A DNA stretch of 64,000 nucleotides from Hypanus sabinus. Taxonomy: Eukaryota. Positions 26,580 through 40,144 of the stretch are shown here, one piece after another. The notes beneath the pieces were generated by a model, which worked only from the letters and a program-made list of their open reading frames with translations, ran no database searches and was not told where the DNA came from. The position numbers and the translations under genes were made by a program. The stretch lies in contig NC_082708.1 of assembly GCF_030144855.1 (NCBI RefSeq), forward strand, positions 128,774,001 through 128,838,000, in the 5' to 3' direction. Position 1 is the first letter of the stretch, and every line of letters starts with the position of its first letter.

Positions 26580-27610
26580 CGTAGGAACTGTCTTCTTGCT
26601 CCGGCTTGTGCTGTAAACTTAGTAAGACCACCATAGAAGTACACTTGGGTAATGACAGGAGACTGTGCACTCAGTGCAGCTGTTTGTCATCTGCCACTGT
26701 GGCCCCTGTCAGTCTTCAAGCTCCAATGCAGTGTAAAACTACTGTCCTATGAGTGTTCCAAAATGTTTCTCAATCGGAAAAACAGAATCCATGTTCAATT
26801 GGGTATACACAAAATAAATCTTTTACACCATCTGTACTTGGTACCACACACGAGACATCTTCCATGTGCTAATGGGACAATGAATGTAGACAATGTTACT
26901 CAGTCTGCCCTTTACATTATTATAATTATTCAGTTTTTATAGATCTGTATTAACTCTCCTTATGCTAGTCCATTATCTAACCTCTGTATTAATCCTTGTT
27001 CTCCTGTCACCCACCGGTGCTACTATGAAACCAAAGTCCTTATAGGTCTGAGCTTTGAGAACATCCTATTCATACTGCCAGTAAACTGTGGGCACTTAAA
27101 GCATCCCACTGCATTTTCTCAGTTGTTGACTGACTGGGAATCAACCATTTCCTATCTTGAATCAATTGACAGAATGAGCAAAAAGATCTCAGTGTTCAGA
27201 TTTAAACAGATGGGCAGACTGTTGGGCCATTTACAGGCCAATGTGAGAATACATCTGGCAGGTTTTGGCAAACACAGCAGTGGCGAGGGATCTCCCAATT
27301 TCCAGTTGCTTGCTATCCATGTTTTTTTTAAAGAAACTATTGCACCATTAGGATTAATGCAGAGATTAGGTAATGGACTAGCCAGGGAAAGTTAATGGAG
27401 ATTTATAAAGAACTGAACGACTGTAATGAAGTAATGGGTAGGCTCAGTAGCATTGTCCACATTCTGCAGTTATTCATGTCAATTGATGATGCTGCTGATC
27501 CAAGTGGTCAGGATAAGACATCCCAAACCGTAGAAGCCTAATGATGATAACTGTCTTCCAGCAGTGGAAGGTCCCCTAGGGCCATATGAAACACAGATGT
27601 GCAAGTATTA
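26580..27610 (-). pseudogene. Decayed TIL - TILa - TSP1 exon run
   Basis: SNTC/HLC..FHC..SYPDHLDQQ..AECGQC (27440-27610); WKLGDP/HCCVCQNL (27240-27320); ED*QGPQWQMTNSCTECTVSC..WWSY*VYSTS/GARRQF (26580-26746). Confidence 0.5.
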
Positions 27611-27822
27611 GAATGCACATTGTTATTTCATTTCCAACTAAAACTATGAAAGACTCACTGCATCTCTATGTTGGATTATCATAAAATATTTCTTAAACTT
27701 ACTCCATTAAAATCCTTAGATTATTTCTTCCAAATAATATTATTTTTCTTTCTAGTTCCCAAGCATTGAATCCAAACCTCTAACAAGTTACCGAGAATAC
27801 AGTAATACATTAGCACAATTTC

Positions 27823-29690
27823 ATTTTTTTTCAATCTTTTTTTAGTGATTTTCCAGCAGAGAAAAAATTACAGATCAGAGAAGTTTTAACAAACACATAA
27901 TACAAAAGACATATAAACAACAAAAAAGTGTATACTGTCAAAGTCAATTAAATATAATGTTACGCTGTTGTATATAATATATAAACAAGAAACCACAACT
28001 CCTCTTGACAAGTCTAAAGAAAAAAAAAAGTTTGGAAATGTTATTGTATAAGAAGAAAAAAAACCCTGCTAAACTAGCCTAAAACAGAGAAAAAAGAAAG
28101 ATTGGGCAGTCCATTTGAGGATAAAATTAGAAAAAAAGAAGAAAGAAAACATCCTTCCAGTCACCTCCGAACCTTCGCGAATAAGGAAAAATTTTCCTTA
28201 AAAAAATAAAAAATAAATTAAATCATATGAAAATATTGAATAAAGGGTCACCAGACTTGCTCAAAGTTAAAAGATGTGTCAAATGTCCGGCTTCTAATTT
28301 TCTCCAATTTTAAACAGGACATAATGGAGGAGAGCCAGTTAAAAACAGTAGGTCGATTAGAATCTTTCCAGTATAACAAGATAGCTCTCCTAGCCAGTAA
28401 AATTGAAAAGACTGTCACATATTGAGCGGAAGCAGGAATTCTACCTGTTCCTTCTGGAATAATCCCAAAAGTTGCCATGAGTGAATTGTGTTGTAAATCC
28501 ACACCCATAACTTTTGATAATATTCTAAACACATCCCTCCAAAAATTCTTTAACTTTACACATGACAAAAACATATGAGTTAGAGTAGCCACTTCTGTGT
28601 TGCATCCGTCACAAATAGGGCTTATATTAGAAAAAATATGCACTAATTTATCTTTTGACATATGGGTCCTGTGTACTATCTTAAACTGAATTAGGGAATG
28701 ACATGCACAGAGAGATGAATTATTAACTAGTTAATGAATTTTACTCCAATGATCATCTGAAAGTGAATATTGAAGTTCAATTTCCCAAGTACGTTTAACC
28801 TTATCATTAGGTATCATACATGCATTCATTAACTGTTTATAAATAATAGTTATTAATCATTTTTGAAATGGTTTATGCTGAAAAATAGCATAAACCAAAT
28901 TTGATGAGTAAGCCAAAGGTTAATTCAATAAAAAATCATGTAAAAAATTCTTAACTTGTAAATATCTAAAAAAATCTGTACTAGATATATCATATTTATC
29001 TATTAACTGTGAAAAAGACATTAAATAATCCTCTGAAAACAAATCTAAAAAAGTTTTTATTCCCTTAGTTTTCCATGTTAAAAAAGCCTTATCCAGAGTT
29101 GATGGTTTGAAGAAAAACTTAGAATAGATATTACTAGAGAGTACAAAGTTATTTAATTCAAAAAATCTATGAAACTGGAACCAAATTTTTAAAGTATGTT
29201 TAACAATAGGATTGAGACCTTGTCTACCTATTTTGGAGAATTAAAAAGGAAGGGGCGCTCCTAGTAAAGAAGCTAAAGAAAAGCCCGTTACCAAATTCTC
29301 CTCCAAATGTGACCATGAAGGGCAATACTGGTTATCTATACCATGAATCCAGAAGGTGATATAATGAATATTAATTGCCCAATAATAAAATCTAAAGTTT
29401 GGTAGCACCAGTCCTCCATCTTTTTTTTGATTTTTGCAATAAAAGTTTATTCATTCTGGAGCTTTTATTATTCCAAATGTAAGACAAGATCATAGAATCT
29501 ATTTTATCGAAAAATATTTGCGGAACAAAAGATGGAACTGTTTGAAACGTTATATAAAAATTTTGGTAAAATAACCATGTTTATAGCATTTATTCGACCA
29601 ATTAATGACGTAAACCAAGGCGACCATTTAGAAAGCACTTGTTGAGTATATTCAATTAGAGGGGAAAAATTATACTTAAAAATTAAAATT
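27823..29690 (-). mobile_element. L1-clade LINE, 5'-truncated ORF2 3' part plus UTR
   Basis: SLIGRINAINMVILPKFLY; C-terminal Zn motif PICDGCNTEVATLTHMFLSC; T-runs on + at the 3' end. Confidence 0.85.
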
Positions 29691-32600
29691 CTAGTGATCA
29701 CCACTATCTTTGTCATTGGTTGGCAGAGTTAATGCTATTAAGATGATGATACTACCTAAATTTTTCAATAGAATATTCTGAGAAATGTCAATGCTTTAAA
29801 TTTAGCTCACTATCCCTTCTTTGAAAACAATTAAGGTTGGGCAATAAAAGCTTGCTGTAAAGTGACATTATCTCATGAATAAATTAAAATGCAACCAATC
29901 TTCCATCAGGAGACACAAACATGATGCTGTAATGGTTTTCACCTTGTTCATTTGTCTCCCTGTCCAAAGCATGATATGAAATGTTAATATATTTCCTTTC
30001 TGATTTCAATACATACACCTTAATTAGTTCAAATAAACTGTTTTCCAAGTGTTGGTAAATATACCTTTTTACAAGAAGTATAAAACTTGATGTGAATACA
30101 CATGTAAAAATGGCTATAAGGTAGCATTTTCCAGTATTAACGTAGAAATTCAAGGATAAAAGATTGACAAAGACAGACAATGAGCTTGGAGACACAAGAG
30201 ATTACAGGCACATGAATCTGGAGCAAAGAGAAGTTGCTGGAAGAACTCAGCAGATCATTCAGCATCGGTAGAGACAAGGGGCTGGTCAACATTTCAGGTT
30301 GAAAACCTGCATCAGCTCTGTTAGCTGTGCCATGGAATTGTTCAGAAATACTATTGGGAAAGGATTGAGAAATTTCATAGTTGTTCTGTTAATTCAGACT
30401 GTAAGCAATTATAAGTAAAAGCCTTGCTTTAATATTACTTTGATTATTTCTTAAGAGTGAGCATTTAATTCACCTCGCCTCAACTCACCCCCCCCCCAAA
30501 TAGATTTCTATCAATATCTTGTCACATTGCTTCCTTTCAATTTTGCAGTTTCATTTATTACCTAGCCTGTTATCTTCCTTTGCAGGTACACAGCGATGAA
30601 GAAAACTGTGTAGCAATGAAAGGTCACCCACTAAGGTAACATGGAAAATGATGAGGGATTTGTGCCCTTGTGCTCACTGAATGTGATTAGCTTTTAACTG
30701 ACTGACAGAATGTTGCAGCTGGAATTACCTAGTGGAAGAACAGAAAGTCGCATAAAACCCCTTCAAAGGGGAATATGTGAACTGTATTAACAATTATATA
30801 ATAAGAAATGAATGTCTATCTGAATCTTTCCCTCTTATACAGCTTGTTGGCCGTGACAACTGGAGCATTGTGTGCCTTCTCCTTTAGCATGCATCTCGGT
30901 AGGGTGTTGTTGGCCACCTGCCTGTCCTGAAAGAAACCAAGCTGCAGGTATTTATTGCTCTGCTGTGTATGGGCATGCATAAGTGGTAGACTTACTGGCT
31001 CCCACTGACTTGATGCTGTCCTGGGAAGAACTGACATGTTCTCTCTTCGTGGTTCTGAGTACACAATCAGCCATTGTAAGAAACTTATTGTGTTTAGATT
31101 GAGGATGAATTTGGTCCCATAGGAATCATTTGTCCCACAGCGCAGACATAACAGTAAATCTCTTTCACTTTTGCCCACAGCGTTGTCTTTAACACCCATG
31201 ACAAATTGCATAGCTATAGTAATAATCATCATGTAATAATTATGCTGTCTTATATCACTGTTCCTTACATATTCCTAATAAAATCTGTGTGACTAATATA
31301 TTGTACATTTACTAATACATTGTACCTGTAACTCTGCATAATGTCTAAATTATTTGAAAAGCTTTCATTTTATAATCCATTCCAGATGTTTTTAAAATTG
31401 AAAGAGCCTCTTTATATATACATATATTTTCTATCCATTATAGTTTGATTTCCATTATATAGATGTCCCACTTGGGATATTCCCATATATATAGTGCAGA
31501 AAGAAAGCTGGCATTTTCCAGGAGCATTTTTCATCCTCACTGGATATTCACGCCAGAAATCCTGACATGAAATTCTTGTCTGCGGTTTGTGACTAATCAG
31601 ATTAATTCACTTGCCACTTGTCATTTCTCACCTTATTCAACTGTCTCTGTGCCCTCACCATCTGAATGCTTTTATTTGCAGTCACAGCTGGATAAGGTCA
31701 GCAAGCAAGCACATCACCCCAAACATTTTCCACTTTCAATCCAAATAAATATCTCTTAAACAAGTCTTGTGGAAGATCTATTAAGATTTTGTAAAATCTT
31801 ATTACGATTTGTTTAAACAATATGTATTAATCCTGTTTAAGATTAATTAATAAACAAATCTTGTCTAGCTCTGTTGGGAACGGCACCAGATTCACTTCTT
31901 TCTTCTCCCCTCCCTATACGCATCATAGACTAATGGAAACCCACTTCCTTCCCACCAATAGAAATCGTTTGATTTTCCCTAAAGACAACAGTCATGCCGA
32001 CATCTTGAAAAGTTATAAAACTTTAAAACAATAAATTTTAAAGAAAGCTATGTGCATGCCAATACAATGTCATACTTTCCTTATGATAGAGCACAGAAAA
32101 ATGATGATTACTTAGGAATGTACAGTAGCCTGAACTAGGCACAGAGAAAGCGGTCACTAGGAGGTCTTCACTTAAACCCAAACAACATGCAAAATACGCC
32201 AGATGTCCTCTTTAAAACTCACTGTTATTCTTTCTAAAATACCACAATTAAATAGCAATATTTTAGACACCTCTGTTCTATTCTGAGTGTTGAAAGGTCT
32301 GAAAAATGTGTGGAATGTAGTTATAAATTTACTTTTCACCCCCAGTACTGATCAACTACGAAACTAGCATTTTCTTACCTATGTGTTTCCAACAACATGT
32401 GAATTACATCTGCAACAACATTTCACTACTGGAGAAAACAGAATGTAGACAATAACAAATTCAAAGGTCTCTTGTTGGGATTCTGACTCCATAAAAAAAA
32501 ATAAAATGACAGGCCTGTAGCATTGAAAAGCTATCAACATTTGAAATGGCAAAACAATCACATCAGAAGGGTAGCCAGGAATGCTAAAACTGAGGCCTGA

Positions 32601-33539
32601 GCAATAAGAGTCTGATGAAGTATAAGCAATTGCTGGTGAGATTTCTGACAGCCAATTCTAAGGATAAGGAAGATAAGCATTAGGATCTTCCCCCTCTAGT
32701 TATACATCACCAAGCCTGTTGTCACTATGCCTCCATGCAAACCTACGCCTTGTATCCTGGAAAATGGTATTATGCATTTCACATTAAGAAAAATGAGTTT
32801 TGTTTTAATGCAGGGGAAGAATAATACATGTAATCTCTTCCTTTTTTTTCCATTTTATAAGCACCAATGAGCCAATTAAAACACACTGACAAGAAACTGG
32901 AGGTGAACTTGTCTCTCTTGGATACATCGTCTCTTTTTGTTCAGTGCTTTGACAAAGAAAACTGCAGAAAAATTTGAGTACAGACTGTCCTTCAGTGGAA
33001 GATGTGCTACATATCAAAGTGCACAGGATCAACTGAAGCGATATTAAATATTAGACAGTGTAATTTACATTGCTGCTAATAATGAGAATTTTAAAGAAAG
33101 ATGAATTCTGGAGATGAATTATTTTGCTGAAGGTAAAATAATAGCAGTCATATAAATTACAAGTTAAGTGGACGATGGACCATTTTGCACTTACCTGAAA
33201 AGGCACAGTGCCAACAACTCTCAAGAAGCTTGATGTCCCAAAAAGCAGTCCACTAGATTGGCACCCCATCAACCCGCCTAAACACTAATTCCCTCAAATA
33301 CGGGTCCCCAATGTCCACAATATATATCATCTATTAAATGCACAGCAATTACCCACCCAGGCTACACTGACAACATCTCCCAAACCCATGAGTCTTATCA
33401 CCAAGAAAGACAAAGGCAGCAGGTGCATGTAAACACCACCATCTACAGGTTACCATCCCAGTCACTCATCAACCTGAGATGGGAACATGGCACTGATCCT
33501 TCATCATTGCTGGGCTTGAATCCTGGAAGTCTCTACACA

Positions 33540-33875
33540 AAGTTATTCCCCATGGTAGGGGAGTCTAGGACAAGGGGGCTCGACTTCAGGATTGAAAGAC
33601 ATCCATTTAGAACAGAAATGCAGAGAAACTGCTTTAGTCAGAGGGAGGTAAATCTGTGGAATTTGTTGTCACAAGCAGCTGTGAAGGCCAAGCTATTGGG
33701 TGCATTTAAGGCAGAAATAGATAGGTTCTTGATTAGCCAGGGCATCAAAGGGTATGGGGAGAAGGCAGGGGAGTGGAGATGACTGGAAGAATTGGATCAG
33801 CCCATGATTGAATGGTGGAGCAGATTCAATGGCCGAATGGCCTACTTCTTCTCCTATAGTTTTTGGTCTTATTGT
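33540..33875 (+). mobile_element. CR1 3' end inserted in an older LINE fragment (~33195-33960)
   Basis: LFPMVGESRTRG..FRTEMQRNCFSQREVNLWN. Confidence 0.85.
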
Positions 33876-34000
33876 CTTAACACCACTGAGTACTGTCATT
33901 AAAAGCATTTCAGCAGTTCAAGAAACATTATCCTCTCAAGGCCAAATAGGGATAGAAGGGTAAGTTAACATCAAAGTTCTAATGATATCTTTGTCATTGT

Positions 34001-34002
<2 letters not shown>

Positions 34003-34062
<60 letters not shown>
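34003..34062. repeat. (GT)n microsatellite followed by a short (GA)n
   Basis: Directly visible. Confidence 0.98.
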
Positions 34063-34074
<12 letters not shown>

Positions 34075-34101
34075 ATTCAGCTCTGTAGGAGTGCTGCACA
34101 C

Positions 34102-34259
34102 CTGACTCTGTACTTTGGTGAGCTACAGTTCCAATTGTTAATGCACAACCCTTGTCACATCCAATGAGGTTGCAGAATTTCTTCCAGCAGTGAGTCACCG
34201 AAAAGCTCTCCTGCAACCATCTCCACTCTACGTCATCCACAAGGAAATACTGCTGGTGT
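34102..34259 (-). pseudogene. Decayed Cys-rich (vWC/TILa-like) exon
   Basis: Strong acceptor cccttctgttttgcag|. Reads FLVDDVEWRWLQESFSVTHCWKKFCNLIGCDKGC. Confidence 0.4.
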
Positions 34260-35384
34260 CTGCAAAACAGAAGGGAGAGGGGGTTTGATGCACCATCCCC
34301 CTTGTAGCTGTTTGGATTGACCCGTATTTGCCAAAAACTCAGTGAGGAGCAGAAGGTGTTCCCTCTGGAACTGAACAAGAAAAGGATTTGTCAGAAAATA
34401 GGAAATATTAAGTTACTAATGATAATAAACTGGGCACTAACAGGAAAAGAAGTCTAAAAATGTCACTTGGACATTGTCACACCAATACAGGAGTGATCTA
34501 TAGTACAGCAGCGTAAATACATGTGGGGTAAACGGTGCCATGTGAATTTAGTCTTACTATTTAAAAATAATTCAATCTGTAAGCAAAGATAATCTGGTCA
34601 ATGTATCTGCAAAATATTCAATATAAACCTCAATTTCTTTAAAACCCTTCAAAGTTCTTGAAAAATCATCATATTTTCTTTTGTAAAGGTAAATTGCAAA
34701 TGAGCAGGCATTAAAAGGAGTTAGAAATCACCTGAGCTTTTGCTTGGCTTGGAAGAGTACCCCAGAGTTTGTGAAATCGGCCCCCAGGATTTCCCATTAT
34801 TTACTTCTTCCTAGGGGCTGGACAGTTACACAGGCCTGCTTCTGAATGCAGCATTGATAGAACATAAGGGGGGTGTGTGCCAGAAGCTTGAGGCTCACCC
34901 CAAAATGGGATTTGGGTCTCAACAACTAATTTTGAGGGACTTATAGATGCCAAGCTGAAGCTCCAGAGGCAGCTTAGTCATTTAAACAACACTAATTTCA
35001 GCTTTCTGGCATCAATCCTCAGTCAAGTCCTGGGAGAACAGGAGACCATGATCCTGGCTTGCCAAGTGAATTGATGAAGAATATGGATGCAGATGGATAA
35101 GTCTTGCTCCTCTTAGCTTAATTTTGTGCCAGCTTGGTTTAGATCATTAGCTCATATAGATCGTGAGAAAAAATTAACTGTGCAATCCCAATGCACACTT
35201 CCCTCAGTATTGGCTCATTTTATGTCTTTAAATAAGTTATTGCTTGATCCCAGAAATAGTGAATTTCCTAAAAAAAAGAGGTTAATTTCCAAAGAGATTG
35301 TGGGAATTAAAGGAGAAATTGATTAGAATGGAAATGTAAGAGGAAGGTAGGTATTCTAAAGTGTGTTTTATTAATGTCCAGCAT

Positions 35385-35745
35385 AACAGGGTGGCACAGT
35401 GGCTGGTCCAGCACATACACTTCCTCGTTCCTCCAGCAACCTGCGTTCAATGCTTACACCCAGTAATGTCCAAATGGAGTTGCACATTCTCACTTTTGCT
35501 GTGTCCATTCTCTCTGGGTGCTCCAGCTTCCTCCCACATCCCAGAGATGTGCAGGTTGATGGGTTAACTATCCACGTACATTACCCCTAGTGTACGGGAA
35601 TGGCAGAATCGGGGGAGATTTGATGGGAAGATAGGGAGAATAAAATTAACCTGGTTAACATTAGTTTAAAAATAGGCAGATATCAGTCAGCTGAAACTAA
35701 ACGGGCTGAAGGAGTTATTTGCATAGTGTATGGATCCATGGCTCT
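35385..35745 (+). mobile_element. V-SINE
   Basis: ggtggcacagtggc head, gttcaat box, gggtgctccagcttcctcccacatccc V-domain. Confidence 0.7.
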
Positions 35746-35939
35746 ATCATGGTCACCCTGTACTTGCCACCTGTTCTTTCTCCACAGGTAAACTTGTCTG
35801 TGGCATTGATCCAACTGAGGCCTGGATGTCATCTCTATTCCAGATCCTTTTGTTACCTTGTCCTGCTTTGACTAATAATTCACAAGGCGGGGCACAAGCA
35901 TGGAACATAAAATGAACAAATGTTTGGCTGATTTAAGTG

Positions 35940-37400
35940 CTGACCCAGGGCTCTGAAAGAGGTCGCTGAAGAGATTGTGGAGACTAATTTAGTTATGATC
36001 TTTCAAGCATCATTCAATTGTGGAATGGTTCCAGAGGCTTGGAACATTGCAAGTGCCACTCTACTCTTTAAGAAGGGATAGAGGCAGAAGAAAGGAAATG
36101 ATAGGCCAGTTAGTCTGACTTCAGTGGCTTGGAAGATGTTGGAGTCCATCATTAAGCACGAGCTTTCAGGTTACTTGGAGAAACATGATAAAATAAGCTA
36201 TTGTTTTACTTAAGGAGAAACCTTGCCTGAAAAATCTATTGAATTCTTTGAGGAAATGATAAGCAGGATAGACAAAGGAGAGTCAGTGCATGTTGTATTC
36301 TTGGACTTTCAGAAGGCCTTTGGTAAGTGCTACACATGAGGCTGCTGAACAAGATAAGAGCCCAGGGTATTACAGGAAAGAAATAAGCAGTGACAGAAGA
36401 TTGGCTGACTAACAGGAGGCAAAGAGTGGGAATAAAGGGTTTTTTTCTGCTTGGCTGCCGGTGACTAGTGGAGATTCACGTGGGTCAGTTTGGGACCGCT
36501 TCTTTACACAATACATGTCAAAGATTTAGCTGTCAGAATCGATGGCTTTTTGACCAAGTTTGTGAACAATATGAAGATAGGTGGAAGGGTGGATAGTGCT
36601 GAGGAAGCAGGAAGTCTGCAGAAGGACTTAGACAGATTGAGAGAATGGGAAAAGAAGTGAAAGAGGGAATATAGTGTGGGGAAGTGTATGGTTATGTACT
36701 TTGGTAGAAGGAATAAAAGCATAGCCTATCTTCCAAACAGAGAGAAAATTCAAATATCAGATGTGCAAAGAAGTTTGGGAGTCCTTATGCAGGAGAAGAA
36801 AATAAAAGCAAAGATGTAATGCTGAGACTTTATAAGGCATTGTCAGGCCACACTTGGAGCACAGTGAGCAGCTTTGGGCCCCTTATCTAAGAATAGATGT
36901 GCTGGCATTGAACAGGGACCAGAGGAGGTTCACAAGAATGATCCTGGGAATGAAAGGGTTAATGTATGAGGAGCCTTTGTTTGCTCGGGACCTGTACTCA
37001 CTGGAGTTTGGAATAACGAGGGGGGATCTCATTGAATCCTGTCAAATATTGAAAGCCCCTAGATAGAATGGATGGGAGAGGATGTTTCCTCTGGTGGTGG
37101 GGGAGGGGCAGGGGGGTCTAGGACCAGAGGACACAGACTCAGAATAGAAGGACGTCCATTTAGAATGGAGACGACAAATAATTTCTTCAGTCAAAACACG
37201 GTGAATCTGTAGAGTTCATTGCCACAGTCATCTGTGGAGGCCAGGTCTTTGGATGCATTTAAAGTGGAGATTGATAGGTTCCTGATTGGTCAGGGTCTGA
37301 AAGGTTATGGCAGGAGAATTGGACTGAGAAGGAACTGGATCAGCCATGATAAAATGGCAGAACAGACTCAAAGGGCCAAATGGCCTAATCCTGCTCAGTG
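35940..37400 (+). mobile_element. CR1 LINE RT and 3' end
   Basis: LDFQKAF; EHSEQLWAPYLR; CR1 tail. Confidence 0.9.
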
Positions 37401-37879
37401 CCAGGGACCTGGTTGTTGTGGCTTCACTTGGTAGGCCATTACCAACCCCCTCCCAACAGTATCCAAAGTAGTATACTTATTACTGGGGAAATGGCCACAA
37501 GGATACTCTGCATTGACTGCCTATTCCCTTTCCTTCTCCAGACAGTCACCCAGGTACCTGCCTCCTGCAACTTAGTGCAGCAAGCTGTTTACTACAGATG
37601 TTATATAACTATAACATTGGAGACCTGCCTTTGGAGATTGCCCTCCAGCAGCTGTCTGTGTCTTCCTCACTTCTAAGTTCCTCAGGGATTCAGTTTTTAA
37701 TTCTGTCTGTCCGTCAGGGTTGTCAAATTCTAGACTTTGCCAAAAAGTAAAACCAGGGAAAATATAACATTAATGTATAATCTCTGAGGCAACACTAGAG
37801 GCAACCTGAAGAGACAGGAGAGTATGAATCTTCCCTTCACTCTGCCATGGAGCTCTGTCACTCTGCTGCTTAGCGGTGT

Positions 37880-37979
37880 TACAAACTACAAATAGAATGG
37901 CATGAAGGTGAACGAGTGCAGTGGCTGTCTTACAGCCCCAGTAACCTGGATCCATTCTGATCCATTCATCCACTTCTGC
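37880..37979 (-). pseudogene. Decayed TILa/vWC-like exon
   Basis: cttcatgcag| then QKWMNGSEWIQ / GCKT / HCT across frameshifts, resembling 'NGSEWxxGCKTCxC'. Confidence 0.4.
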
Positions 37980-40004
37980 CTGCATGAAGGGTTTATGCTT
38001 TCCTTGTAACCAAGTGGTTTTCTTCCAGTTGTTTTGACATTCTCACACATCCCAAAGAAGGGCGTGTTGGTAGATTAATTGGCAAGTTACCTAAATTTCC
38101 TCTTTTTGAGGTAGTTAGTAGAAATTGGGGGAAGCTAATAGTAAAGAGTTGCAGAAAATTATTAATGGGGGATTGAGATTGCACTGTGAACAGGCGTTGA
38201 CTCAATGGACAATGGAAACATGGAAATGGTATCATTGGCCCTCATTGTACCCAAGAAATTAGATAGCATTTGAGCTAAAAAAGCAGAGATGCTGGAATTC
38301 CAATATTCTGAGCACTGACATATAAAAATCGTCAGTAGTCACAAAATAGTTGGATACAAGAAACTTTGAAGATTATATATGAGCATATAAATGCAATGCG
38401 TAGTTCTAACTAAGCTGAAAACCAGCTAAAATCATTTTATTGGAAACACAATGAGCAATATTGTCCTGGAAAATGGACACTAATAGCACAGTGAATAATT
38501 TCTCAGAAGTAACAAAGTCCAAACACTCTTGAATTTCATAAATCCCTGGCTATAAAATTCTATAGGATTTCTCCTGCTTTACCAATGATATTTTAAATTC
38601 ATTTAGATTATGCACACATTTGTAGATTCTGCTGCAAATTTGATAGTTATCAGTCCTGAAGTGGAAAAAGGAGTAGGCAATTTTCTAGCCTTGGTATAAT
38701 GATTAAAAAGAAGAACTAGAATGTGACTTTAAGAATACAGCATATCCCCTTCATTTCCAGTTATAGATAACTGTTCCAATTATGCATCACCAGCAGTCAA
38801 GGAGCAAACAAATTTGTTCTGCACTGTGGGAGGACTTGAAGCCCCAAGAGATGACCACTTCGCTCCCCAGGGGTACTCACATAATGAATAACAGTCCACA
38901 TTTCAGATTTATATAATCATATGGGATTGTAAAAGACAATGGTTAAAAAAAGGCAATGAAAGATCAGGAAGAACAGGGATAAATGTGAGCTGGAAAAACT
39001 TGAAGTTGTTTTATGAAGTTAGGAAAAAACAGTCTTCCACCTTTCATCAAGACTAGCTAGGCCGTCATTCCAATCTCTACACAGTAACTTTACAAGGGGC
39101 ATCATCCAGATCCCGTTCAATGGCTGGAAAGTACATCTGAGTTGGCATAATCTACCTAATATTGTCTTTAGTGCTGAGGTAAGTTGCATATTAATCATTT
39201 GGTAAAATTCAATTATCAGGAGATAAAAGTTGCTCAAAGAAAAAGAGTGACAAAATGTACTGTGAAACATATTCCAGTAGGTCATATATTAATGAACACT
39301 TTATTCAGTGACAAGATTAAATCCTGTCTACCCATATAGCCAATGCAAGATGTTTTTTATTCTTCCTAATTTGGATATTTTGAATATACTATTATTAATT
39401 ATTGGTGTATTTATACAAAGGTGAGAACTTGTGAGCTATTGAAACAATAACTAGGCCTGTTTTACCTTCCACCCTTTCACAGTTCATATAATCCAAATAT
39501 TGTTGCATTAGCTAAGCCATGTTTCTAACACAGACCAAAGAGCTCCACGGAACATTTTTCAGAGCTACTGCATGTTATACATCAACTCATGAATGTTCCC
39601 AGAAAATTAACAAGACATATACAAACCTAACAGAAAAACAGATTGCTGAAGTAAAATTGTAATTTTCATTGTCTTTAACGATAAATAGCTAAACTCTGGT
39701 CCAATTTTTAGTAAATGACTCACATAACTACATAAGTCTTTATGATTTCTAAGTAATAAATAAACTGAAAAGCCATTGAATTTTCTTCCATTTTGCAATA
39801 ACAAGGGAAAGAATACAAGGAAATGTATCTGAAATTTAAATAACTGGAGGACTTCCTTTTAACACTGCTCTAAAATATGTTAATCTTTCAGTTTATTTGA
39901 GTAAAATTGAGTACTCATTGAACTTACAATGTACTTCACCGAAGTCTAGTAAACAAATTTATTATAATATTCAGAAGTCAATAAAAAGTACAATTCTTTT
40001 GGAC

Positions 40005-40144
40005 AACAAACAAGAGAGAATCTGCAGATGCTGAAAACCCAAGGAACACACACAAAATGCTGAAGAAATTCAGCAGGCCAGGCAGCATCTATGGAAAAAA
40101 ATGCAGTCAATGTTTCGGGCCGAGACCCTTTGTCAGGACTGACA
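40005..40144 (-). mobile_element. Penelope-derived short insertion with hammerhead motif, 9-bp TSD
   Basis: cttttggac at 39996-40004 and 40145-40153. Minus strand reads CAGTC-CTGACAA-AGGGTCTCGGCCC-GAAAC-ATT-GACTG. Confidence 0.75.

Noticed and set aside
30586-30635. HSDEENC looks like an LDLa domain end
   Set aside because: It is on the opposite strand to the pseudogene and lacks the upstream cysteines; kept only as part of the speculative plus-strand chain.
30816-31232. 138-aa ORF
   Set aside because: No recognisable family; only a weak EERTCQ motif in another frame before a gtaagt donor.
33971-34378. 135-aa ORF with a (TH)n tract
   Set aside because: The length comes from reading through a (CA)n microsatellite; only 34102-34259 is exon-like.
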